This document shows positions 14,761 through 32,242 of a DNA stretch of 64,000 nucleotides, in pieces. The notes beneath the pieces are model-generated. The model did not search any database. It was not told the origin of the DNA and saw nothing but the letters and a program-made list of their open reading frames with translations. Location: the NCBI RefSeq assembly GCF_009914755.1, contig NC_060925.1; one strand, 5' to 3'. Numbering within the stretch: position 1 is the stretch's first letter; every line of letters begins with the position of its first letter. A program made the translations under genes and the position numbers. The DNA is from the human T2T-CHM13v2.0 reference genome, Homo sapiens.

Positions 14761-17306
14761 TGCTATGGCTTGAATGTCCCCTCCAAAATTCATGCTGAAA
14801 TTTAATTGCCATTGTAATAGTGTTGAGAGATGGGACCTTTAAGAGATGATTAGGTCATAAAGGCTCTGTCCTCATGAATGGATTTATGCTGTTATTGCAG
14901 GGGTAGGTTAGTTTTCTTGAGAGTAATTTCATGATAAAAGGAAGAAGTCTGGCCTTCATCCTCTCTGACTCATGTACTTGCTTGCCCTTCTGCTTTCCAC
15001 CATGGAATGATGCAGCATGAAGGCCTTTGCCAGAATTAGGTGCCATGCTCTTGAACCCCTCAGCCTCCATAACTGTGAGCCAAATAAACTTCTATTGTTT
15101 ATACATTAGTTAGTCTTTGATATTCTCTTACAGCAGCTGAAAATGGACTAAAAACAGAAAATCAGTACTGAGAATAAGATTGTTGCCATTAAGAAAACAA
15201 AACAAAAGGTAAACCTGAAAATGTGGAAGTGGCTTTGCAACTGGAAAGTGGATAGAGGCTGGGAGAATTTGGAGGAGCAAGCTAGAAATAGGCTAGATTT
15301 CTGGTGAGTGGAGCTTTAAGGGCAATTCTGGTGAGGGCTTACAAGAAGAGAAGAACTGTAGGAAGAGTCTGAAACTTCTTAGAGGTTACTTAAGTGGTCA
15401 TGACCAGAATGTTGGTAGAAATATTGACAGAGAAACCATTCCAATGTGGTCTCAGTTGGGAATGAGGAAGAAGATACTGGAAATTGGAGTAAAGGTATTC
15501 TTGTCATACAGTTGCAAAGAACTTGGCAGAATTGTGTCCATGTCTTTGGACTTCATGAAATGCAGAACTTAAGAGTAATGAACTAGGATATCTGGTGGAA
15601 GAAATATCTAAGGAGCAAAGCACTCTGGCTACTGTGTGGCTACTTGTGAACACATGCAATGAAATGTGAGAGAAAATAAATGACTTAGTGATGAAACTTA
15701 TAATTGAAAGAGAAGCAGAATAAAAAGATTTGGAAAATCTGCATTCTGGACACGTGAAAAGTAAAAAGGCATGTTTGAGAGAAAATACTAAGAGTATGGC
15801 CAAGTAATAGTTTGCTAAAGAGAATCATATGGATAGAAGGGAGCTAGGCACTGTTCATCAGAACCATGGGAGAAAGACTCCAAAGGCATTTAGATCTTGG
15901 AGGCCATCTCTCCCATCACAGGTCCAGAGCTCTAGGAGGGCAGAATGTTTTGGGAGAATGGGCTTGGGGCACCCTCTGTGGACTCACTACCCAAGGCTGC
16001 CTCAGGATTCTTCTTCCTGCATCCCAGCACCATGCCCCTTAGGCACCCCCAGCCATGGCTCAAGCAGGCCCAGGTATACTTCAACCCACTACTCTGGAGG
16101 TTACAAGCTATAAATATTGGTGGTGTCCATGTGGTGCTAATTCTGCAGTAATGCAGAATGCAAGACCTGTGCAGGCATGGCTACTTTCACCCTATATTTC
16201 AAAGGATGCTGTGGACAGCCTAGGGGCCCAGAGAGTCTTCTTATAGAGATGGAGCCACTGCAGAGACCTCCTACCCTACTAGGGCAATGCTGAGTGGAAA
16301 TGTGAGGTAGGAGTCACCACAGAGAGTTTCCACTAAGGCAATTCCTAATAGAGCTGTGGGAGTGGGGCCATCACTAAGACCTCAGAACTGTAGAGCAACA
16401 AGTGTGCAATGCCAACCTGAGAGAGCTGCAGGCACTAGACTCCAATGGAGAGAGCTGAAACATGGGCTGAGCCCAGAAAAGCCACAGGGACATGACTGCC
16501 TGAGGTCTTGGAGGCCCAACGGCAGTAACGGTGTGCCCAGGATGTAGGACATGAAGTCAAAGGAAATTATTCTGGAGTGTTAAGATAGTGGTGTTCCCTG
16601 TGGAGTTTTGGACTTTGTTGGAATCAATTACCCTTTCTTCTTGCTTATTTCTCCCTTTTGGAATGGAGTTGTCTGTCCTGCACCTGTTTCACGACTGGAT
16701 TTGGAAGCACTTAAATTGTTAATTTCACAGTCTCACAGCTGGAGAGTAGTTTGCCTCAGGATTAATTGATCCTTCAGTCTCACTTATGTCTGATTCAGAT
16801 GAGACTCTGGATTTTGGACTTTTGAGTTGATGCTGGAACTAGTTGACACTGGGGCTACTGGTATAGAATGAGAGTCTTTTCTATGTGAGAAGGACATGGG
16901 TTTTGGGGGGCCATGGAAGGAATGCTATCATTTGAATGTCACTTCCAAAATTAATGTTGAAATTTAAGTGCCATTGAAACAGTGAAACAGATGTCAGACC
17001 TTTAAGAGGTGATTAGGTCATAAGCTCTGCCCTCATGAATGGGTTAATGCTGTTGTTGTGGGAATGGGTTAGTTATCATAAGAGTAAGTTCTTGATAAAA
17101 AGAATGATTTTTGAACTTCATCCTCTTCCTGTCTCGTGTTCACTTCCCCTGCTGCCTTCCTCCGTGGGATGACATAGCACAAAATGCATTGCCAGATGTT
17201 GGCACCATGCTCTTGGAATTCCCAGTTGAGCCGAATAAACTTCTATTGTTTATAAATTACCTAGTCTGTGGTATTCTGTTATAGCAGCAGCAGACAGGCT
17301 AAGACA
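14761..17306 (+). mobile_element. Full-length MSTB-like MaLR (LTR 14761-15156, internal, LTR 16923-17306)
   Basis: Two similar LTRs starting tgctat...gaatgtc; MST-internal sequence between; 5-bp TSD catca/catga. Confidence 0.88.
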
Positions 17307-19359
17307 CATGATAAATTAATTTTTGTCTGTTTGTAATTTACATGCATACAGTGAGATTACATGTACTCTTCTGTGTCTGACTTCCTTCTCTCAATATTTT
17401 ATTGTGATTCCTTCATGTTGTTGCCTACAGCAGCAATTTTTTCATTTTTATTTCTGCACTGCATCAATATAAAATATTTTCATTCATTCTTTCGTTGATA
17501 TTTATTCTACCATTAAATGTTGATAACATTTATTTCTAGTTTCGAACTAATGTGCTAATGCTGCTGTGAACATTCTTATACGTCTTTTGTTCTCATTTTT
17601 GTTAGGTTTATACTTTGTTTGGAATTGCAGGACTATGAAATGCATATCTTTGGCTTTAGTAGATACTACAAAACACTTTTCTAAAGTAGTTGATGTAATT
17701 TACACTTGTACTAGCAATGTATGATAGAGTTGCAGTTGCTCCACACCTTCATCAACAGTTGGTATTATCAATTTTTAAAATTTTGCAGTTTGAGTATGAA
17801 ATGGCCTCTGACTGAGGCTATAATTTGTATTTTCCTTATGATTAGTGAGGTTGAACACCTTTCAATATGCTTATAGTCAATAGGATATATTCATTTTGTT
17901 TAAATATTTCACTAATATTTCTATAGTATCTACTGTCTTTTTTATGACAATACAAATTTTGTGCATACCATGGATTTTAGTTCTTTATAACGTATCTGTA
18001 TTTCAAATATTCCTATTTATTATGTGGCTGGAGTGTTCATTCTGCTAATGGAGATTTTGATGAACAGATTTTTAAAAATGTTAATGAAGTCCAATTTTCT
18101 ATCTTTTCCTTTGTGATGAATTTTTTTTCGTGTTTTTAAAATATTTGCTTATCTCAAGGCCACAACATTTTTTTAGTGGTATCTTCTAGAAGATTTACTG
18201 TGTTAAATTTCACAGTTGGGTGTAAAAATCATATCTTTATATATGTGAATTAGAAGTTAAGGTTCTTTTTTCTCCTTTAATTATACCAATCAATCTAGCA
18301 TCAGGTATTTAAAACACCATCATATTTTCTTCACTGCATTGCAGTGTCAACTTGTTGTAAAGTGACCATATGTAAGTGGGTTTGTTTCTGAGCTTTCTGT
18401 TTCATCAGTCTATTTATCACTCCTTGCACAGTACTATACTGTTTTAAATGTACTAACTCTGTACTAAGTTTGTATACCTGATAGTATAAATCCTAGCTCA
18501 ACTTTGTTCTTTAAAATATTGTCTTCACTATTCTTGGGCTTTTAGGTTTCCATAAACATTTTGAAATTGGCTTGTCAGTTTTTAACACCCCACCTCAAAA
18601 AATGTCTTGGGCTTTTAATTGGGATTGTATTGAATCTAAATTTTTGTAGCCTTAAAACATTTGATATAGGCAAATATTTTACAAATATAAATATTTTTTA
18701 TAAATAAACCTATTTCTTCTTGGGAGGAAATAACATCTTTACAATACTGAATTTACTAATCTATGGATATTCAATATTCTGTCATTTATTTAGGTCTTCG
18801 ATTCAAAAAGAGATTGTTCATTCTCTCTTTTGTCTTGGTCAGTTTTGCTAAGAAGTCAGTATTTTATTTGTTTTTACAAACAATCAACTTTTTGGGCCTC
18901 CTTTGCTGTATGTATGTTTTTATTTCATTGAAGTCTACTATATTGCATTATTTGCTTTATGACACATTTTGTGATATTTTCTGTTCTTTTTGTTGCTTTT
19001 TGAGACAGGTGATTATAATCATTGATTTTCAGCTTTCTTATTTTCTAATTTATGGGTTTATATCTAAACATATATCTCTAGCTGTTCTTCATGTTTTGAT
19101 AAGTCAAATTCAAATAATTTATTCTGAATATTTTCAAATTTTTATTTTTAAATAACCCATAAGTTACTTACAAGTGTGTAGCTTAACTTCAAATCATTTG
19201 GAGATTTTCTAGCTATCTTTTTTATTATTCCATACTAGCTTTATTCCATAGTATTCCATACTAGTATTATTCCATACTGTAGTCAGCAAATTCTCAGAAT
19301 TATCGTGAGATTTGCTTTATGGCATAGTAATCTATCACTTTTGGCAAATGTTCCATGCG

Positions 19360-19722
19360 TAATATGGTTTGGCTCTGTGTCCCCACCCAAATCTCATCTA
19401 GAATTGTAATCCACAGGTGTTGAGGGAGGGACCTGGTTGGGGGTGATTGGATTGGGGAGCAGTTTTCCTCAGCTGTTCTCCTGATAGTGAGTGAGCTTTC
19501 ACGAGATTTGTTTGATGAGTACTTGGCATTTCCTCTGTGCTCTTTCTCTCTCCTGTCACCTGTGAAGAAGGTGCTTGCTTCCTTTTGCCTTCCACCATGT
19601 TTGTAAGTTTCCTGAGGCCTCCCCAGCCATGCAGAACTGTGAGTCAATTAAAACCTCTTTTGTTTATAAACTATCCAGTCTCAGGTAGTATCTTTATAGT
19701 AGTGTGAGAATGGACTAATACG
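19360..19722 (+). mobile_element. THE1D-like solo LTR
   Basis: atatggtttggctctgtgtccccacccaaatctcatc ... gagaatggactaatac; TSD atgcg/atgag. Confidence 0.9.
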
Positions 19723-20589
19723 ATGAGTATTTGAATACAATGTGTTTTCTTCATTCATTGATGCTGTGTTTTAAACATGTGAATTAGAACATTTTGTAAA
19801 TTATGGTGTCTACCTCTCACTAACTTTTTGGTCTGTTTTTTTCCTCTCAGTTACTGACAGAGGTATGATCAAATCTCTGGCTGTAATTATAGGTTTTCCT
19901 GTTTCTCCTATAATTCTGCCAGTTTTTGCTATGGATATTTTGGATCCATGTAATTAATTGCATACAGATTATGAATAGTATGTTTCTATTGAATTAACAC
20001 TTTTATTATTGTGAAAAGTATCTTTTGTCCCTGGTAATATCTTCTTACATTGAAGTCTAAGCCGTCTTCTATTAGTATAGCTCTCTGGCTTTCTCTTAAT
20101 CATGGATTTTATAGTGTATCTTTTTCCATCATTTTACTTTCAATCTTTATCTGTCTTTATGTTTTACACTCTAATATTAAAATCTTTCTTTTTAATTGGA
20201 TGTTTAGTTTATATGCATAATGAAAATACTAATTTATTTTGATTTTAATTTATCATATTATTTTTTGTTCTTTGTTCCATCTCTTCTTTTTTTTCCTATT
20301 ACTGTCTTATCCTCTATTTGTTGGATCAAGCATGTTTCAGTATTTGTCTCCCTATTAAGCTTGTTAGTTACACTCTCTTTTACTGTCCTAATTGTTTCCT
20401 TAGAGGTAACAATAAATATTAAATTAGTACAATAAATGTACTAATTTAAGGTAGAATGTTCCTTAATTTTCCATTTTGTAACGTTTTTAGAACAAAACAC
20501 TTTTTACTTCACATCCAACTTCTACCCTATTTTTACCATGCATTGTAGTCATACATACTATGAAACTACTCAAGACAGATAATTAGTAA

Positions 20590-21410
20590 ACCAATTATGA
20601 ACTGATTGTTTCTCAGCCCCAAACCCAACCCTGTTTGCCTGCTTTTCTCAAATTCAATAGCACCCTCTGAATGTTTCCCTTGCCATCTGGAGTAATGCTA
20701 GACTTTGTCAATAGAGGACACTGTGATGACAATAGATGACAATAACAGCAAGGAGACACTCTTTCTGGCTGGGGTATTCCATGTTTTTAGTTAGCATACC
20801 CTGCAAAGCTCACAGACCAGTTTCAACCAAACCTTCAGGACTTGCTCTCCTCACCCAATGGCCATTTCCAAGTGCACCATTTTCTCTGTTTTGGCAGCCA
20901 TGGCTGAACCCATTTCTCCCCACCTTACGGCAGGTTCTGAGAAGGTCCACTGCAGTGCTTGCCTGGCAGCTCTGGCCACACCCTCAGGCAACCACCTTCC
21001 CGCTTGGAGGGTTTTTTCCATATGTCAACTCTAGCCTGCCCACATGTCCCAGCACTGGCAGGACATTTCTAAAGATCATTCCTGCCCTATTACCTCTGGC
21101 ATCTTGCTTCACAGCTGTTAGGCAGCATTTGCTGTGGTACCCATGCTCTCTTTAAAGAAGTCTGCATCTCACCTTTGGGGTGGGGAAGCTGTCTCTTGAG
21201 TTCTCAGTTTTTTAATTTTATTTTCTATATTCTCTCAACCTAGAAATATCAGCTGTTTTATGTTTGTTTTGTATGCACATACTACTAATGGACCCCTTTA
21301 AGTCTTTACTGTCCTTTTTAGTAGTTAGTTATCTTTGAAATGTACAATTCTTCACATCACATTTTCTTTGTTCTAATAACTGGTTTGGTTTCTGTCTCCT
21401 GACTAATATA
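20590..21410 (+). mobile_element. ERVL-type solo LTR (family not resolved)
   Basis: GC-richer island ending ggtttctgtctcctgactaatata. Confidence 0.45.
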
Positions 21411-22461
21411 CGCAAAATTTGTGTTTCCATAATTTAGCATTTCCGATGCTTTTTTCCTTTCTGCATTTCTGTGATTCCATCTGAGAGCATTTTCTTTTTG
21501 TCTAAAGAGTACTCTTTAGTGTTTTTATAGTGCATGTCTGCTGACAATAAATTATTTAAATCTTTGTCTAAAATGACTTAATTTTACATTACTTAATAAT
21601 TAATAATTTTGCTTTGTGTAGAATCTGAGGTAGGCAGTTACTTCTCTTCAGCACTTTAATGGTGCCATTTCTTATTTTTGGTTTTACCATTTCTATTGAT
21701 GAGTCAACTGTCATTCCCGTTGATGTTCCTTTGAAAATAATACATCTTTTCTGTTTGTTCTTGCAGAAAAAGTTGTAGATTTCCTTTGTGTTTTTAAGCA
21801 GATTTTACCATTATGTGCCTAGAAATGGTTTTCTTCACACTTTTTCTTAGAATTCACAAAAATTCTTGAATCACACTGACTTGACATGGTTCATTAGTTT
21901 TGGCAAATTCTCAACCACTATTTTTTCAACTATTGCCTTTTCCCCAGTTCCTTTTCGTCTTCCTACTGTGACTCCAATTATATTTATATTAAATCTTTTC
22001 ATGCCTTTTTCATTCATGTAATTTTATTTTTGTCTGTGCATCAACTTGCAGACTTTTTATTGACCTGTCTTCTAATTTACTATTATTCTCTCCTATAAGG
22101 TCTAATTAGTTGCTCAAATAAATATACAAAGTTTTTTATTTTCCATTATTAATTTCTCATATACAGTATTTTCATTTTTTTTTTACGTAGGCCAGTTGTC
22201 TCCACATTTTCCTCCGTTTCTGTGAACACAGCAACATGCTGTAATGTCCTGTTTCACAACTTCAATATCTGGATCACACATAGATTTATTTCTATCGCAA
22301 ACTTTCTTCATCATTTGCTCTTGCTTCCTGTTAATTCTTGATTAAGCAACAGAAGTTTTATAAAATTTACAAATATATATTTATATTGCTACCGTGTTTC
22401 GATTTTTGTTGTTTTATTTTTATAATTTTTGAAGTATTTTCTAAATAAAATATAGATTCTA

Positions 22462-22825
<364 letters not shown>

Positions 22826-23321
22826 TCACTCTGACAGGAGTTTTTCTGCATGTCTATCTTTTTATAGGGCCTAATTCTAGAATTACAGTTTCTAATTAAA
22901 GTCATTATTATAAACCACTACATGTTTATTACTGGTCTTTTCACTTCATTCTGATATCTTCTAATATCTTTTTATGGAAAAGTATATGTAATGTATTTTT
23001 GGAAAGATTATACAAAAGTAATATGAAATAAATATCATCTTTATTAAGGGAGTGGGTCACATTTGGAAGACATTTACTTTTGTCTTTAGGCATTCATAAT
23101 ATAAACCTAGAACAAATAATTGTTTCTGAAATGTAACAATTGCTATTAAAACAAAGAAGAATATACCAAGCATTTAAAATATTTATAGACCTTGTAAAGT
23201 CACACATAGATCACAGCTAGACATTTAATTTCTGGATATATGTCATCATCACTTAATGTTTTAAAGCCAGAGAATTTCATATTGAAAAAATATTTGTGGA
23301 GGAAAAAAAAATCTTTAAGCA

Positions 23322-23775
<454 letters not shown>

Positions 23776-24612
23776 TCATATCTAAATATAACATAACAAG
23801 TCAGTATGGTGAGAAAGGTTATTAAAATAGAATTGCCTGGACCTGAGTGTTAACAGGCAACAGAGACAGACTACAAATTTCAGTCTGGAGGAAGGTATTT
23901 TCTTCCTATATTTTAATCCTCTATCTGCACCTCCTGAGGGTATAAATAAGCAACATTTTTCATAAGCAATACTGTCTGCCTAGGTTAATTCACCCTGGGA
24001 CCACTGCTATATAATAATTTTGATGCCTACTCTCTCCTATGGCCCAATACTTGAACAGTCATGTTTACATAATAACTTATAGAAGTGGAGCTACTCCAAA
24101 TATCTCAGTTTTCAAACATTGGACATTGATCCATATGGCTTCAGGGATAATGAACTCAGATCTCAAAGGATCTCCATATTTTTAGTAACAATACTGTTAA
24201 TTATGCAATGGGATAAATATAAATAAAATCAATCTTCTTGTTTTTCTATGTTCGACTAAAGACCATTATGTGTATGATGGTCTGCGTTAACAAGATGGGG
24301 TGTCAGAATATTGACTGCTAACTTTAGGACCTATGAAATGTTGAACTTTGATGAAAGGAAGAGTAGATAATTATGCAGTAGGAACTCAACATGGCTTGTT
24401 AAACAAATCTTTGATGTTTTTTGTCAAAATTCAATACAAAGCATTGAACACTACAGACTGAAGTTCCTGGATTTCTAGAGAGATTTCAGTTGAAAAAATT
24501 ATCACAATACAATTAGAGAATTGTTTGATTTTTATTAAAAATCACATTTAATAGAAATTATTTTGTAAGTTTAGGAAAACAGGAAAATGACAAACCCAAA
24601 ACACTTCATTTT

Positions 24613-27038
<2,426 letters not shown>

Positions 27039-27067
27039 TAGATCTTCAAAAGTCATTTTCTGCTTAC

Positions 27068-27160
27068 CAATAAATTTTTTTTTCTGTATTTGGTCACCAA
27101 TCAAGCTTTCATTAGTTTTAAGAAATGTATAGCTTATATTACAAAAGCATTGCAATGTTT
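27068..27160 (-). pseudogene. Pseudo-exon 17 (93 bp, phase 1 to 1)
   Basis: ttttttttccag| TLQCFCNISYTFLKTNESLIGDQIQKKKFI |gtaagc; open frame with two N-glycosylation sequons. Confidence 0.65.
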
Positions 27161-27381
27161 CTGGAAAAAAAATTGATGACACTCTCAGTGAACATTTCCA
27201 CTTGAAAATTCTCTGAAAAAGCTTGCAATGTTAGTTTCATTTCATCCAGACCTATTTTGTTCAAGAAACTCTGCTAGCCACAGGGAGTACAAAGATAAGT
27301 AATAGAGATTTCCCGCCGTTAAGAGATAAGACACAAATTTGCAGGAGGATGTGCTATGCTAGTTTAAATATGGATTTCAGC

Positions 27382-27409
27382 CTGGTTTTCTAACTGAACT
27401 TTCAGCTTC
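27382..27409 (-). pseudogene. Pseudo-exon 16 (28 bp, donor degenerate)
   Basis: tttttttttcccttag| EAESSVRKP |gctgaa. Confidence 0.42.
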
Positions 27410-27518
27410 CTAAGGGAAAAAAAAATCAGATATTTGATCATATTATGGGTCAAAACATAGTAATGAATTAAAATGAATGTCAATACAAGCTATTTTATTT
27501 TTTATTTATCATACTTAC

Positions 27519-27582
27519 AAAAATTTTATATAGGTGAAATCATGAAATAACCTCTTCTTTATAAAAATAAGAAAATATGGCC
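27519..27582 (-). pseudogene. Pseudo-exon 15 (64 bp)
   Basis: ttactttatctcag| AIFSYFYKEEVIS*FHLYKIF |gtaagt. Confidence 0.55.
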
Positions 27583-27637
27583 CTGAGATAAAGTAAGTCA
27601 CAAAGCATTTCCAAAATCTTTTTTTGTCAAAGCATTA

Positions 27638-28000
<363 letters not shown>

Positions 28001-28240
28001 ATAATTTTGTGAAATTTCCATCTGTGAAGAATCCCTATATATAGTACATTAAAATTTTTGCAAGATCATCTGATTTAAAAATTCTATTTCAGTTTGTTTA
28101 GCCTAGCTTTTCCCAAATTTATTTAACCACAGATCCTCCTTTGTGAAATACACACAAAAAAATGAATTGTGACAATGCAAAAAGAGCAATATCAAAATTT
28201 TTATTCTCAAGCCTAGATGCTTTTTCCTAAGTACACTTGC

Positions 28241-28323
28241 CTGGCCAAGTGATGATAAAAGAGTAAAGTTAATGTCCTCAAGTGGAGATTGTGTCCATGG
28301 CATGAGTCTTGTAAGGCAACTGA
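28241..28323 (-). pseudogene. Pseudo-exon 14 (83 bp, GC donor)
   Basis: tttcactttttag| ... CAG|gcaagt (consensus GC-AG donor). Two frames are open: SVALQDSCHGHNLHLRTL... and SCLTRLMPWTQSPLEDINFTLLSSLGQ. Confidence 0.58.
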
Positions 28324-28404
28324 CTAAAAAGTGAAACACTGACCAGAATGCAGAAAGGAGCTATGTAGGAGAAAACATCAAAAGTTTCTGGAAAAAGTCT
28401 ATGT

Positions 28405-28620
28405 CATGCTTAACAGCAAGGGCTCTGGATCCAGATTGCTTGTATTCGAATGAACTTCAGGCATATGAGCAGTGGGACACTGAAATTTTCACTCAATCTT
28501 TGCAGGCCTTAATTTTCCTGTATGTAAAATAGAAACAGAGATTAGCACCATCATGTATTATGATCACTAAATTATTTAATATGATTCAGGCACAGTGTAT
28601 GGCACCTAAGAAACAGCATT
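28405..28620 (+). mobile_element. MIR
   Basis: ggctctggatccagattgcttg...ttttcctgtatgtaaaat. Confidence 0.55.
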
Positions 28621-28743
28621 TAAGTTTATAAATAAATAATCCTTGAAGGTTTTTTTCTTTTCAAGTCTCCTACTTGATGAATTGTTTTCTTCTAATTGGG
28701 AAATTCCATTTTTCTTAAAAAGTCAAGTTCACTGGACTAACAC

Positions 28744-28783
28744 CCATCGATACCATATTTGGGAAATGTTTAAAAATGTATTT
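28744..28783 (-). pseudogene. Pseudo-exon 13 (40 bp, or 30 bp ending at 28754)
   Basis: Long pyrimidine tract ending cactccag| (R)NTFLNISQIWYRW; donors gtatcg or gtgtta; 85-bp intron to exon 12. Confidence 0.55.
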
Positions 28784-28868
28784 CTGGAGTGAATAGAGTG
28801 AATGGAAAAAAGGAAATACTTCTTTATATATGCTAGCCAAATCTTTAGTGCATGTTCATACCCAATAC

Positions 28869-28905
28869 CTTGGGGCATATTCACTGGAGAAAACCAGCCA
28901 ACCTC
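28869..28905 (-). pseudogene. Pseudo-exon 12 (37 bp)
   Basis: ttcttattacag| (G)GWLVFSSEYAP |gtattg. Confidence 0.62.
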
Positions 28906-28989
28906 CTGTAATAAGAACATCAAATTATTTCCTGTATTGGTCCCTGTTGCCTCCAAATGCTTGCTTGTAGGCCTTGGTTACACAATGTT

Positions 28990-29130
28990 AATAATAATAG
29001 TATGTTTACTCAGTGCTTACCATGTGCTGTGTGCTCTTCTTAGGGGTTCGTATGTCATTTTTCAATAAATCCCTACAACAATCCTGTGCATGGGATATTG
29101 TTATCCCCATTTTACAGATGAGAAAATAAT
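28990..29130 (-). mobile_element. MIR
   Basis: ttatccccattttacagatgagaaaa core. Confidence 0.75.
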
Positions 29131-29328
29131 GAGAGATGTCTTCTTGCTACTAAATTTAAAGTTTCATAATTTAAAAAATATTCCAAATGTTTTCAGTTTT
29201 TAACATAGAAAATAACTATTAAATAAGAACCTTTTTAAAATATAGAATTGTTGGGGACAATAATCATAGCTTACAGGTGGATATTCACAATTTTTCTGTT
29301 ATACACCAAGAAGACCATGGATACTCAC

Positions 29329-29364
29329 CCAAACTTACGAGATTGCTATTATTATTCCATGTTA
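29329..29364 (-). pseudogene. Pseudo-exon 11 (36 bp; alternative donor gives 26 bp)
   Basis: tttgttttacag| (V)TWNNNSNLVSL |gtgagt; a second donor gtaagt lies at 29333-29338. Confidence 0.62.
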
Positions 29365-29766
29365 CTGTAAAACAAACTGAAGTTCAGTGAGGCTAACTCA
29401 CTTTGTCTATGTTCACAATAAAAATGATTTATCTTCTTTAAAATAGGCTAAAATTTTTGAACATAAACTACAGATACTTTTATCACCAAAGCTAGAGAAA
29501 GAACTGTTAGCAGCAGAGTAGGTTTGTAAGAGATTATTGAACAAAGGAAGGTGCTCCAGTGCTGAGCTAGAAAAGTAAGACATAACTCAGATCAAGCTTT
29601 AGTGGGATTTTTTATTACTACTCATTTTTACTGCAAAGGCTGATTATGGATTTATATATCTTATCAAGAACAAAGCATAAGGAAGTTACTTTAATATGTG
29701 TTAAAAAGGCAAACAGAAGATGAACATTTAAATATTTCAGTATTTCCAATACAGGTACATGTCCAC

Positions 29767-29795
29767 CTCTGAACTGAGCATAGGTATTTGAACCA
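29767..29795 (-). pseudogene. Pseudo-exon 10 (29 bp micro-exon)
   Basis: Pyrimidine-rich acceptor ending caacag| (N)GSNTYAQFR |gtggac (weak donor); phase 2 to 1. Confidence 0.5.
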
Positions 29796-29851
29796 CTGTT
29801 GCAATTATAGGAATGGTCAAGAGAAAACTCACAAAGATTTCTTACTATCTC

Positions 29852-30311
29852 TGATCTTAGCCTGTTTTGTGTTATTACAAAAGAATACATGAGACAGGTA
29901 ATTTATAAAGAAAAGAGGTTTATTTCACTCACAATTTTTCAGGCTGGGAAGTTCAAGGGCATAGGCCTGACTTCTGGCAAGAGCTTTTGTGCTGCATTAT
30001 CACACGGTGGAGAATCTCAAAGACGAAGCAGACAGGTGTGAAGACATCACATGGCAAGACAGGATGCAAGAGAGTGAAACCGAAGAGGCCAGACACTTTT
30101 TAATAACCTACTTTCTCAAGAACTAATCCATCCCCATGAGTGAGCAAGAACTCACTCACCCCAGCAGGAGGTTATTAATGTACTCGTGAGGGATCCCTCC
30201 ATGACCTAAAAAACTCCGACTAGGCTCCACCTCCCAATACAACCACGCTTGGGGATGAAATTTCAACATGAGTTTCAGGGGAAACAAACAAATCATATCC
30301 AAACCATAGCA
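29852..30311 (-). mobile_element. MSTB-like solo LTR
   Basis: Ends atatccaaaccatagca, the reverse complement of the MST start. Confidence 0.85.
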
Positions 30312-30735
30312 GTATCCATTTATATCTGGTTTCCTTAATAAAATGACATGGAGCACCCTCCAAATAGCATAAATATGCATACCCTAGTTATGTGCATATT
30401 TTCAATTCACTGAACAACCTTCAGTTTCAACAAAGAAACTGTTTATTTTTTATTTGTTTATTTTTCTCTGTACAAAAAGCTTGCTGTGAGTCTGTCTCCC
30501 CCAGGAGAAAAATAAATAAATTTCATGACTTTGTAATTGTCATCTTAAAAACTTTCTTGCCTTCATTTAGTTATTTAAGAAAAAAATCTTTGCAATGCAT
30601 CAAGTACTGTTTATGTCATTGTAAAGGCTGGAAAAACATCAACTAATTGTCAGGGAAAAATTCAGTTTATATTCAAAGTTTCCAACATTAAATATTGTGA
30701 AAATGCAAAGAAGCCCTTCTACTTTCACTTCTCAC

Positions 30736-30757
30736 TTGTAGGATTTAGATCTACTGT
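30736..30757 (-). pseudogene. Pseudo-exon 9 (22 bp micro-exon)
   Basis: catattttag| (N)SRSKSY |gtgaga; phase 1 to 2. Confidence 0.5.
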
Positions 30758-31199
30758 CTAAAATATGATAAAATATTGGGTGACAAATTTCCTTTGAATA
30801 CAAGGTGTGGAAACTAAAAAAAAAATGTGATTCAGTTCTCTCTTGTAACCTAGATATAAATAATGCCTGGATTAAAATTCTTAGCACATTCAGAGAACTT
30901 CAAGTAGTTCATGGTGGCCATAATGTGTAGGTTAGAATCCTGGGCTCTAGCGGTAGGCTAGCTTGTTTTTGAATCCCACCCAGCTATGCCACTAACTGGT
31001 TTCATGACTATGAGCCATCAACTTTACTTTTCTTAATCTCAATTTTTTCTTATGTAAAATTGTAGTAATTATAACAATAAATTAATTATAAAATATATGT
31101 TTAAATTATTTATGTATTAATTTCCAATATAAAAGAATGTTATTACAATAAAGCTTTGATGAGATAATGAATGTAATCTACACATCATGCATTGTAAAT

Positions 31200-32230
31200 G
31201 GTAGCCAGTATTACTTCTTCGGCTAGATGAAAAATCGTATTCGAACTGGAGGGGTCATACCCACAGCTTGAAAATCTGTTATTCCATGTAAGGATTTCAG
31301 ATTTCATACTGTGGTAGACAATGAACAATCACTAAAGAATTTTACCCAGAAGACTACTATGTTGCATTTTGCATTCTAAATGATCATTCTGCTTGCTATA
31401 TGAGGGATGCACTGGGGGGCACAATAAGGAAAACAGTTACAAGACTATTCAAATGGTCCATGAGAGAAATGATAATTGCTTGAACTAAGTCAACCACAGA
31501 AAAAACAGAGCAAAATGTATGAGATTATGAGAAGCTAGAAGTAATGGAACATAGTTACTAATATATGCTGCAATGTGGGAAAGGAGTGAATCAAGAATGA
31601 CACCCAATTTCCCAAGGGATGACTTTTATCAAATACAATAGTATTTTTACGAATACAATAGTAGACCCCGGTAAGGGAATGTTGGGAGTGTGGGGAGGAT
31701 GTAAGGAGGGCTAAGTGAATGGAAGAAGGTTAATTTTGAAGAAGTAGAGTTTGAGTTATCTCTGGAACATAAAAATCACAGGTATTTATTATGCAATTTG
31801 TTACACTGGTTTTAATTTGGAGTTCAGAACATTCATGAGTCACCTACACATAATAGGTAGATTAAGTTATGAGACTGTATGTGATTGCTTATACAGACTA
31901 GATAGATTAATGAGAAGAGATCTGGAATTGAACATAAAGAAACATCAAAATATAAAATATAGGTAGAAGAAATAGTACTTAAAATGCAGACTGGGAAGGC
32001 AGAGCTAGGTAGTACAAGGGAAATAAGGAGATACTAATGCCAATGAAACAAAAGTGGAAATGTATCAAGAAAAGCAAGTGGTAAACCATGACAAACGTTG
32101 CAGGTATAAGTAAAATAACCTTAGGACAAAATAAATGTCATATGATTTGGCAATTGAGTCATTTGGGATGTTTATAGACGAGTTTCATTGCAGTGGAAAG
32201 ACTGTAATCACATAGCCAAAGGTTGAAGTA
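31200..32230 (-). mobile_element. L2 relic
   Basis: Purine-rich decayed L2 motifs (gatcattctgcttgct, aagaatgacacccaa). Confidence 0.6.
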
Positions 32231-32242
32231 AAATGAAAAGTT

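Larger units (their letters stand above)
17320..22400 (-). mobile_element. Ancient L1M fragments with nested LTRs
   Basis: T-rich decayed L1 3'UTR/ORF2/5' sequence. Confidence 0.7.

Noticed and set aside
18763-19155. 130-aa hydrophobic ORF resembling a membrane protein
   Set aside because: T-rich antisense L1M sequence gives F/L/I bias.
19224-19280. Repeated tattccatactag units as a CRISPR-like array
   Set aside because: Short slippage repeat in eukaryotic L1M DNA with no unique spacers or cas genes.
27068-27582. SYFYKEEVIS* ... TLQCFCN as the GPS motif
   Set aside because: No HL[TS] follows, and the motifs that normally precede GPS occur downstream in exons 18-21. A degenerate duplicate is not excluded.
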